Assembly (NCBI GenBank): GCA_023666275.1
Contig: JAMPCJ010000006.1
Coordinates: 17,976 to 81,975, forward strand
Source of the DNA: Treponema brennaborense
Lineage (GTDB): Bacteria; Spirochaetota; Spirochaetia; Treponematales; Treponemataceae
DNA length: 64,000 bases
Reading direction: 5' to 3'
Shown: in pieces, positions 9,100 to 16,457 of the stretch
Position numbering within the stretch: position 1 is the first letter of the stretch
Layout: each line of letters begins with the position of its first letter
Program-made: the position numbers and the translations under genes
Notes under the pieces: model-generated
What the model saw: only the letters and a program-made list of their open reading frames with translations
Database searches by the model: none
What the model was told of the DNA's origin: nothing

Positions 9100-9459
9100 T
9101 ACGCATCTTTGCAATTGCTTCTTTTTTTGCCGGCACAAAGAATATATCTTTGCCTTTATTGCTTACATATATGAAATCTTTTAGCGGTTTGCTTGTATAT
9201 TTTGTAAAATCACCGCAAATGGCTATTCTTCCGCCATAGTTAATAAATTTTTGCAAAATTGCATCTGCAAGTCCCGTACTCAAAATGAAAAAAATTTTCT
9301 ATAAACCAAACTTTTATCTATTATAATGTTTTTTGTTCCTGCATTGTATTTTGCATTCATTAACAAATCCAAAGCGGATTGTTCGTTATAACAAACTCGT
9401 TTGTTGCTGCCTGCAACCGCATAAGTAATTCCGTCATTGCTTGAAATTTCAAAATCCAT
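9095..9459 (-). pseudogene. frameshifted paralog of the DUF4180 gene at 5443..5805
   Basis: Clear nucleotide similarity to 5443..5805 along its whole length, but only the C-terminal 62 codons remain in frame. Indels are visible around 9290-9330. Confidence 0.6.
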
Positions 9460-9463
9460 CTTA

Positions 9464-9483
9464 CCCCGATAAAATGTAAATTA
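9464..9483. repeat. cassette-boundary motif copy (ccccgataaaatgtaaatta)
   Basis: Lies between the pseudogene and the GNAT gene at 9487..9927. Confidence 0.5.
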
Positions 9484-9486
9484 TCT

Positions 9487-9927
9487 TTAAGTATCAATTC
9501 TTTCAAACTCGACAATGGTTTTATTCCGGTAGATAATATCTTCTCTTTTAGTAAAGCCCATTTTTTCCCAAAATTCGTTTCCGCTTATATTTTTGCCGAA
9601 CACGACCAGCGCAACTTTATTTATTCCTAAACGCTCAACGGCAGAAAGCGCAGTTTCAACCAAAGCTTTTGCAATACCTTGTTTTCTGTAATCGGGGTGT
9701 ACGGCGGTATGATATATATAACCTCTGCGTCCGTCGGTGCCGACCATTATTGCACCGACAATTCTTCCGGCAATCAAGGAAACAAAACACGTTTCGGGAT
9801 TGCGTTCAAGAAATTTCGCTATTCCGTTTTCTGTATCGTCCAAACTGTTTAAGCCCATACCCGCACATGACAACCAAAGTGAATATACATCGTTGTAATC
9901 TAAAATTGTCATTTTTCTGATTTGCAT
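9487..9927 (-). CDS. GNAT family N-acetyltransferase
   Basis: 146 aa with a GNAT acetyl-CoA binding region (RKQGIAKALVE). A GAGG RBS is upstream. Confidence 0.7.
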   Translation of the reverse strand: MQIRKMTILDYNDVYSLWLSCAGMGLNSLDDTENGIAKFLERNPETCFVSLIAGRIVGAIMVGTDGRRGYIYHTAVHPDYRKQGIAKALVETALSAVERLGINKVALVVFGKNISGNEFWEKMGFTKREDIIYRNKTIVEFERIDT

Positions 9928-10008
9928 ATATTTATACCTCTTACAACATTGTTTATCGCTCTGTTTGAGTGAATATTCGCCGTCATCTTTTCCGAGTTCC
10001 GCAGAAAG

Positions 10009-10254
10009 TTATATTTTGTGTGCAGTAATTATCGTATACGTATATGAATTGATTGTAATTTTTATATCGTCAATTTCGCAATACCAATTTTTGCCTTGCT
10101 TATAAATGCAGCACGCATTATGCAGAATTTTTTGTTTGCAGTATTCAACAGGGTCGTTTGTTTCGATCTTCAAATTTTTCCTGATTCTGTCTGCACCCAT
10201 TTCCGTTGTATGTACCGATGATATGTTGCTGAGCAAAATGCATTTATCTTCCAT
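10009..10254 (-). CDS. DUF3781-family small protein
   Basis: 81-aa ORF with a conserved ...GKNWY...IITAHKI pattern. It is preceded by the boundary motif and an AAGGA RBS. Confidence 0.5.
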   Translation of the reverse strand: MEDKCILLSNISSVHTTEMGADRIRKNLKIETNDPVEYCKQKILHNACCIYKQGKNWYCEIDDIKITINSYTYTIITAHKI

Positions 10255-10261
10255 AAGGTAA

Positions 10262-10281
10262 TCCTTTATAAATTGCTGTTT
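10262..10281. repeat. cassette-boundary motif copy (cctttataaattgctgttta)
   Basis: Diverged variant upstream of the DUF3781 gene. The embedded TAA is the stop of 10280..10768. Confidence 0.4.
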
Positions 10282-10768
10282 ATTGTTCTGCGGCAGTGTC
10301 CGATGCGTTTTTATAGCTTATTGAAATATGAGCGGCTGCAAACATAACCGCAAAAACAATCAGCGGTATATTTGCGGTTATTATGCCGCTGAACAGAAAG
10401 ATGCATGACGGCAGAATAGATAGCAGCAGGGCTTTTGCTTTGCTGTTTTTATTCCAAAAAACTGCCCAAAGCAAAAGATACGCAAAACACAAACAGCCGT
10501 TTACGGATAAATAAACGGCAATCGCATAATCAAAGCGAAAATCAAAATATGTATGCGGAATATTGAATATCATCAAAACAAAACAGGCGTATCTGCCTAT
10601 TTGTTCCATTATGACTGCTGTTTTGTTGTCGTAACTGACGGCAGTATCGCTTTTATGTTTTACGGCATAAACAATATTCGGCATCATGAGGATTGCCATT
10701 ATGATAAGTCCGTAATAATTGAACCGATTCATAAAATTATTGTAGCACGAGCACTTTTCTTTTTCCAT
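10280..10768 (-). CDS. integral membrane protein, function unknown
   Basis: Four or five hydrophobic helices. The start is uncertain: 10768, 10732 or 10834. Confidence 0.4.
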   Translation of the reverse strand: MEKEKCSCYNNFMNRFNYYGLIIMAILMMPNIVYAVKHKSDTAVSYDNKTAVIMEQIGRYACFVLMIFNIPHTYFDFRFDYAIAVYLSVNGCLCFAYLLLWAVFWNKNSKAKALLLSILPSCIFLFSGIITANIPLIVFAVMFAAAHISISYKNASDTAAEQ

Positions 10769-10834
10769 ATCATAACAACGCCGCAGCAGCCGCTTTGCGC
10801 TGCATAAAAGAATATGTTCTGTATTTTTCCGCAT

Positions 10835-10936
10835 TGCGGATTTTCCTGCATTTGCATTATATTGTAAGCGATAAAAAATAAAACCGGCAAATGCAGCGCT
10901 GCGGATTGCCGAAAAAAATATTCGGGAAAAATTATT
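10835..10936. promoter_or_regulatory. divergent intergenic region with the inverted repeat ctgcatttgc / gcaaatgcag
   Basis: 10-bp perfect inverted repeat separated by about 37 nt, plus a direct repeat ttgcggatt x2, between the divergent genes 10280..10768 (-) and 10937..11410 (+). Confidence 0.35.
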
Positions 10937-11410
10937 ATGAACAGAAAAGACAGAGAAATAACAGATCCTGCGGAAATCATTGATTTGCTTAACAGATGCG
11001 ATACGCTGCGGCTCGGTTTAATAAACGGCGATTTCCCGTACATTGTGCCTGTTTCATTCGGGCTGGACGTACAAAACGAAAAGATTGCGGTTTATTTTCA
11101 TTGTGCAAAAAAGGGACTGAAAGTCGACTGCATCAATAAAAATCAAAACGTGTGCATTGAGGGCGACATTTTTTATAAAGTCGAACACGTGAAAATGGGA
11201 ATTACTGCCCGCTACGAAAGCGTTGTCGGTTTCGGAACAGTATGCGAATCCTCGGACGAAGAAAAAATGTACGGTTTGACTAAAATTCTGGAACACTACA
11301 ATCAGCTTGATTATCCGCTGGATAACTGCAAGGGACTTCCGTTTGCTGCCGTATATAAAATAGAACTGCATAGTTTAACCGGAAAAAGAAACCTGCCGAA
11401 TCAATATTGA
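10937..11410 (+). CDS. pyridoxamine 5'-phosphate oxidase family protein, NimA-like (5-nitroimidazole reductase-like)
   Basis: N-terminal ...ITD..EI..LL..C...RLG...G.PYIVPVSF......YFHCAKKG.K...I..N pattern typical of Nim/PNPOx split-barrel proteins. Confidence 0.55.
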   Translation: MNRKDREITDPAEIIDLLNRCDTLRLGLINGDFPYIVPVSFGLDVQNEKIAVYFHCAKKGLKVDCINKNQNVCIEGDIFYKVEHVKMGITARYESVVGFGTVCESSDEEKMYGLTKILEHYNQLDYPLDNCKGLPFAAVYKIELHSLTGKRNLPNQY

Positions 11411-11583
11411 GCCGGTCAAAAGTGCTTTTGCGCGGATTGTCTTTATCCGTCTGCGCTTGACGCGTCTGTATTGCGGAATTTTTTTTATCGGTTTTTCGCA
11501 AAAACAGTTGACAATACGAAATATTTTGCGTAATATAATTGTGTACAATTTAATTTTGTACTACCAAATAAACGGAGGCTGTT

Positions 11584-12057
11584 ATGGCTGTTTATGATTT
11601 TACCGTGAAAGATGCACAAGGATCCGACGTTAATTTGTCGGAGTATAAAGGCAAAGTGCTTTTAATTGTCAATACCGCTACGGGCTGCGGATTTACGCCG
11701 CAGTATGACGAATTGCAGGATTTGTACGAGGAATTGCAGGCGAGCGGTTTTGAGATACTTGATTTTCCCTGCAACCAATTCGGTCATCAGGCACCGGGAA
11801 CGGAAGAAGAAATCGTGGATTTCTGCCAGTCGCGGTACGGCGTTACTTTCAGGCAGTTCGCAAAAATCGATGTAAACGGCAAAAACGAATGTCCGCTGTA
11901 TACGTATTTGAAGTCGCAGAAAGGCGGCGTCATGGGCAGCGGAATAAAATGGAATTTCACAAAGTTTCTTATCGATCGCGAGGGCAGCGTCGTAAAACGA
12001 TATGCACCTGTCGTCAAGCCGGAAGATATCAAAAACGACATCAAGGAGCTGCTGTAA
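11584..12057 (+). CDS. glutathione peroxidase (Cys-type)
   Basis: GPx signatures (LIVNTATGCGFT with the catalytic Cys, FPCNQFG, WNFTKFL). Confidence 0.85.
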   Translation: MAVYDFTVKDAQGSDVNLSEYKGKVLLIVNTATGCGFTPQYDELQDLYEELQASGFEILDFPCNQFGHQAPGTEEEIVDFCQSRYGVTFRQFAKIDVNGKNECPLYTYLKSQKGGVMGSGIKWNFTKFLIDREGSVVKRYAPVVKPEDIKNDIKELL

Positions 12058-12314
12058 TGGAATATACGTATAAAACGAAAAATGTCTGCTCTGCGGAAAT
12101 TAAATTCAATATAGACGGAAACGTGATAACGAACATTCGATTTACCGGCGGCTGCAACGGCAATTTGAAAGCAATAGCGAAGCTGGTTGACGGCTGGACT
12201 GCCGAGCAAATTGCCGAAAAATTGTCGGGCAATACGTGCGGCAGACGTCCTACCTCCTGCGCCGACCAGCTGGCACTTGCCGTAACGGAAGCCTGCAATG
12301 TCTGCGCCGGTTGA
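12057..12314 (+). CDS. TSCPD-domain small protein
   Basis: 85 aa with a GGC...TSCADQLA motif. The ATG overlaps the gpx stop (TAATG). Confidence 0.55.
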   Translation: MEYTYKTKNVCSAEIKFNIDGNVITNIRFTGGCNGNLKAIAKLVDGWTAEQIAEKLSGNTCGRRPTSCADQLALAVTEACNVCAG

Positions 12315-12364
12315 TTCGTGCATTCGAATTTGATAAAATCGAAAAACAATATAAAAGAGGTTCT

Positions 12365-12796
12365 GTTATCAAACATAATAAATTTGCCGGCTTGCTGTTA
12401 AAGAATCAGCTTTGCTTTCCGCTGTATGCCGCCTCGAAAGAAATTGTAAGAAAATACCGTCCTTACCTCGATAAACTTGATCTGACTTATACGCAGTATA
12501 TAACCTTGATGGTTATGTGGGAAAAGAAAACAATAAGCGCAAAAGAATTGGGCGGCATTCTGTATTTGGATTCGGGGACGCTCACGCCTGTTCTGAAAAG
12601 CCTTGAAAGCAAAAGCCTGATCAAACGCACTCGCGGAACGGACGACGAACGCCTGCTGATAATAAGCATTACGGAGCAGGGCGAGGCGCTGAAAAATCAA
12701 GCTGCCGAAATTCCGCCGAACATCGCGAAGTGCGTAAATCTTGATGCAGCCGAAGCGGCGGAACTGTATCGGCTGCTGTACAAAATACTGCAGTAA
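12365..12796 (+). CDS. MarR-family transcriptional regulator, OhrR-like
   Basis: LKNQLCFPLYAASKEIVRKYRPYLDKLDLTYTQYITLMVMWE matches the OhrR N-terminal region including the sensing Cys. The exact start is uncertain, with no in-frame ATG near the RBS. Confidence 0.6.
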   Translation, partial: VIKHNKFAGLLLKNQLCFPLYAASKEIVRKYRPYLDKLDLTYTQYITLMVMWEKKTISAKELGGILYLDSGTLTPVLKSLESKSLIKRTRGTDDERLLIISITEQGEALKNQAAEIPPNIAKCVNLDAAEAAELYRLLYKILQ

Positions 12797-12845
12797 TTTT
12801 TCGAGGATATTCGCAAATCCGAAATCGGAAACGGAGAATAAAAAT

Positions 12846-13379
12846 ATGCATTATATAAGTCGCTGCGAATCTCCTGTCGGCGGTATAACGCTTGCGGCAA
12901 ACGGAAGCGAGCTTACGGGTCTTTGGTTCGACGGGCAGAAGTATTTCGCGGACAATCTTCCCGCTCAATATGAGGAAAAAGACCTGCCGATATTCGATCA
13001 GACGAGAAAGTGGCTCGGCATTTACTTTTCGGGCAAAGCTCCCGATTTTACGCCGCCGCTGTGTTTCGGCGGAATATCGCCGTTCAGAAAACGCGTGTGG
13101 GAAATAATGCTCGCCATTCCGTTCGGGCAGACTTCCACTTACGGAAAGATAGCAAAACAAATCGAAACGGAAACGGGCAGAAAAGCGTCTGCGCAGGCTG
13201 TCGGCGGCGCGGTGGGACACAATTCGATTTTGCTTGTTATTCCGTGCCACAGAGTTGTGGGGACAAACGGAAGTTTTACGGGATACGCCGGCGGAATCAA
13301 GCGGAAAATACAGCTGCTGAAAATGGAGGGCGCGGACATATCAAAGTTTACCGTTCCCGAAAAAGGCACGGCATTGTGA
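12846..13379 (+). CDS. ogt: methylated-DNA--protein-cysteine methyltransferase
   Basis: Active-site PCHRV motif (VIPCHRVV) and a C-terminal DNA-binding domain. Confidence 0.85.
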   Translation: MHYISRCESPVGGITLAANGSELTGLWFDGQKYFADNLPAQYEEKDLPIFDQTRKWLGIYFSGKAPDFTPPLCFGGISPFRKRVWEIMLAIPFGQTSTYGKIAKQIETETGRKASAQAVGGAVGHNSILLVIPCHRVVGTNGSFTGYAGGIKRKIQLLKMEGADISKFTVPEKGTAL

Positions 13380-13573
13380 ACCTTGGTTATGTGCAGGAAA
13401 GCGAAAAAAGCGGATCCCGTTTTTCTGCATTTGCGGTATAAAGCCGTTCAAAAGCGCATGTCTGCGCCGAAACCGTGCGCCCGCCGCCGTCTCATTGCAG
13501 CGGATTGCGTGTGGTACGGAAGTTTTCCGCGCGGCGGCGGTCGGCTGATTTCCGATTTTTGCGGGAGTTTTAC

Positions 13574-14011
13574 ATGGATTTAATCGTGCGGAAGTTCGGC
13601 GAGCTTTCGGCGGCGGAACTTTACGAAATACTCAGGGCGCGCTCCCAAGTCTTTCTCCTTGAACAGCGCATCGTATGCCAGGATCTGGACGGCGTTGACT
13701 ACCGCAGTCTCCATTGTTTTTTTATGGAAGAGAAAAAAGTTTCCGCATATTTGCGCGCGTTCTGCGATGACGAAGACTGTACCCGCGTGAGAATCGGGCG
13801 CGTTCTGACAGTTGTTCACGGAAAAGGAACGGGGCGCGCGCTTATGGAGCAAAGCCTCAAGGCGATACAGGAAAGACTTCCGTGCAAAACAATATGCCTT
13901 AACGCGCAAAAGTACGCTGTGCCGTTCTACGAACGCTTCGGATTTAAGATTGTATCCGGCGAATTTTTGGAAGAGGGAATCGTTCATGTCGCCATGGAAC
14001 TGCACTTGTAG
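13574..14011 (+). CDS. GNAT family N-acetyltransferase (ElaA-like)
   Basis: 145 aa with a GNAT motif (GKGTGRALMEQ). The start is at MDLIV. Confidence 0.65.
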   Translation: MDLIVRKFGELSAAELYEILRARSQVFLLEQRIVCQDLDGVDYRSLHCFFMEEKKVSAYLRAFCDDEDCTRVRIGRVLTVVHGKGTGRALMEQSLKAIQERLPCKTICLNAQKYAVPFYERFGFKIVSGEFLEEGIVHVAMELHL

Positions 14012-14034
14012 ATCTTGCCGGCAAGGCGTGCAGC

Positions 14035-15141
14035 TTATGTCAGCACCGCTTTTATGTCATTTTCCGGCACGTACATAATAACCGTTTCTGTTATGTTTTT
14101 TTGCAGTATGCAGCGAATGGCATCCGCTTCGTTTTTTTTGTCCTGATGCATCGCGGTTATAAGTTCCTCGGCGCCTTTTTCTTTCGGCAGGGCAGGGTGC
14201 CGCGGCTGCGTGCAAAAGCCGTATGCGGAAAGCGTTTTGAATACATCATCGCGGTATGATGCACCGCACAGCTGCAAAGCGCTGCTTAATTCCAGCGCAC
14301 GCGATATGCCCCAGGCGACAGCTTCGCCGTGGCTGACTGTTCCCAGTCCGCAGCAGGTTTCCAGCGCATGTGCGAATGTGTGCCCGAAATTGAGCTGCAT
14401 GCGCGGACCTTTTTCCGTCAAATCCTGTTCTACGATATTACCTTTTGCGAGTATGCAGCGCTGCACTGTCTGCATAAGAAGCGGCTGTTCCCGCGAAAAA
14501 AAAGAAACCGGCTGCATTTTCATGCTGTTGTACATTTCCGGTGCGTACAGCAGCGCGGTTTTCAAAATTTCGGCGAGTCCGGAGTTGTATTCGCGGTCGG
14601 GAAGCGATGCCGCAAATGCCGGCGCGATATGCAGTTTTGCCGCCGGATAAAATGTTCCTATCATGTTTTTGTATTCGTCAAAGTCGCAGCCGGTTTTCCC
14701 GCCGATTGCGGCGTCCGTCATGGCGAGAATCGTTGTCGGAACAAGTTCCAGCCGCGCGCCTCGTTTGTAAACGGATGCCGCGAACGCTGTCATGTCGCAG
14801 ACAACGCCGCCGCCGATGCCGATAAAGGTGTCGCCGCGCTGCATATTGCTTTTCAGTGCGGCTTTTATGATGCGCAGCACGTTTTCGATTGTTTTATGCG
14901 TTTCGCCCGATTCCAAAACGGCAAGCCTGCCCGAATTTTTCAGGCTGTCGAAAAACGATCGCATATACGGAAGCGACGCTACCGTGGTGTCCGTAACAAA
15001 AAATGCGCGCGTATTTTCCGCAACCGGACTAAGCGTTATTTCGATAAGCTCCTTCACGGTTCCGTAAAAATAAATTTCCGTTTTGTCTGTGCCCGGATGA
15101 ACAGACTTGTATGTGATCGTTGTATTTAATTTCCGTTTCAT
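14035..15141 (-). CDS. aroB: 3-dehydroquinate synthase
   Basis: DHQ synthase motifs (GGGVVCDMTAFAAS, NFGHTFAHALE, PTTILAMTDAAIGGKTG). Confidence 0.85.
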   Translation of the reverse strand: MKRKLNTTITYKSVHPGTDKTEIYFYGTVKELIEITLSPVAENTRAFFVTDTTVASLPYMRSFFDSLKNSGRLAVLESGETHKTIENVLRIIKAALKSNMQRGDTFIGIGGGVVCDMTAFAASVYKRGARLELVPTTILAMTDAAIGGKTGCDFDEYKNMIGTFYPAAKLHIAPAFAASLPDREYNSGLAEILKTALLYAPEMYNSMKMQPVSFFSREQPLLMQTVQRCILAKGNIVEQDLTEKGPRMQLNFGHTFAHALETCCGLGTVSHGEAVAWGISRALELSSALQLCGASYRDDVFKTLSAYGFCTQPRHPALPKEKGAEELITAMHQDKKNEADAIRCILQKNITETVIMYVPENDIKAVLT

Positions 15142-15150
15142 GGCGCTATT

Positions 15151-15756
15151 CTAATATGTATTTTCATCCATTGCAATAAAATCTTCCTGGACTTTGTTCA
15201 AACGTTCCAGTTCCCGCGTGATTATTTTTTCGTAATCCAACGTGCCGGCGGCAATCCGTTCCCGTTCGTCTTCCCAGTACTGAACGTCTGTCAAAAATAA
15301 AAAGCGGAATTTGCCGTCCTGCGCTTGCTCGGCGTATTTTTTCGCTTCGCTCCAGTAATACAAACCTGTTTTGTAGCACGTTTCGGCGGTGGCAAGATCG
15401 CGCAGATATTCTTCTTTCCAAGGAGCGTCGTAAAAATATGCGACCTGTTTGTCCCAAGTGCGTCCGAGCCGCAGATGCTGTTCCGCGAGTTTCAAGTTTA
15501 TATGCATCATGAACAAATAGCGGTATTTTTCCCAGTCCGTTTTATCCTTGATTTTTGCCAGCGCGTACTGCGGATTGCAGAATGCGGCTTTCGACGCTTT
15601 TTCGAGCCAGAAAATGTTTTCCATTACGTCGTCGGGATACTGCTGATAATGGACATGAAACAGACGATAATATTGTTCTTTATACGAAATAAGATACGGA
15701 TGCGCGGGAAGCGCAAATGACGCGCACAAAAGCGCCGCCGCGGCGAATTTCAGCAT
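15151..15756 (-). CDS. secreted hypothetical protein (201 aa)
   Basis: Signal peptide MLKFAAAALLCASFALPA. The start is at the ATG at 15756. The listed 453-aa ORF is an artefactual upstream extension through tmk in another frame. Confidence 0.5.
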   Translation of the reverse strand: MLKFAAAALLCASFALPAHPYLISYKEQYYRLFHVHYQQYPDDVMENIFWLEKASKAAFCNPQYALAKIKDKTDWEKYRYLFMMHINLKLAEQHLRLGRTWDKQVAYFYDAPWKEEYLRDLATAETCYKTGLYYWSEAKKYAEQAQDGKFRFLFLTDVQYWEDERERIAAGTLDYEKIITRELERLNKVQEDFIAMDENTY

Positions 15757-15776
15757 GAAAAAAAATCCCGATTGTT

Positions 15777-16427
15777 TCACGCCTGTATTATCGGCAGTTT
15801 TTTGATGATTTCCCATATTTTTTCGTTTACGGTTTTTGCCGGAAGCGACGCGTCTATGACGATGATGTTCGGCGCCGTTTCCCCGCGTTTTTCGGCTTCG
15901 GCACAGTCGGAAACGTATTTGCCGATTACGCGACGGTATTCTGCCGCCGTTTTTTGCTGATACTCGATGTTTTCGTAAATTTCGCGCGTGCTTCCGCGGG
16001 ATTGAACCCGTTCGAGCGCTGTTTCCGGCGGAAGTTCGAAGAAAAACACGTATTGCGGCAGCGGAAAGCGTGCGTTCAGCAGTTCCGGCAGTTTTTGTCC
16101 GCAGGAAACGGATTGATAGGCGAGGCTTGAAAAAAGGTATCTGTCGGAAATAACGAGGCGTCCGGAATGCGTTTGCTCCGCTATGCCGCACCTGCCGAAA
16201 ACGTGCTCGCAGCGGTCTGCGGCAAACAAATACGCGGCAGTATCGGGATGAAGCTGTACGCTGTTTTTCAGCATAAGACGGAGCGTCTGTCCGACGGCGC
16301 TGTCTGTCGGTTCGGCGGTAAACACGGCATTCCGCAGTTCCGGTTTTTCTTTCAGCAGCGTTATCTGCGTCGAAGTGCCGGAACCGTCGAGTCCTTCGAA
16401 TACAATGAAATTTTGCAGTACTGTCAT
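15777..16427 (-). CDS. tmk: thymidylate kinase
   Basis: P-loop FIVFEGLDGSGTST and dTMP kinase DRY-like motifs. Confidence 0.85.
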   Translation of the reverse strand: MTVLQNFIVFEGLDGSGTSTQITLLKEKPELRNAVFTAEPTDSAVGQTLRLMLKNSVQLHPDTAAYLFAADRCEHVFGRCGIAEQTHSGRLVISDRYLFSSLAYQSVSCGQKLPELLNARFPLPQYVFFFELPPETALERVQSRGSTREIYENIEYQQKTAAEYRRVIGKYVSDCAEAEKRGETAPNIIVIDASLPAKTVNEKIWEIIKKLPIIQA

Positions 16428-16457
16428 TTGCCCTACCATAAATCAGTAAAAAATGAT

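Noticed and set aside
8430-9239. Several 60-140-aa plus-strand ORFs overlapping the cassette genes (e.g. 8645..9061, 8934..9239)
   Set aside because: They are antisense to ORFs with RBS and boundary-motif support and have no start context of their own.
4350-10936. Calling the array a canonical integron with attC sites
   Set aside because: Intergenic spacers are only 20-45 nt, the GTTRRRY-like word is on the strand opposite the genes, and no intI/attI is visible. It is therefore reported as integron-like/cassette-like with alternatives rather than asserted.
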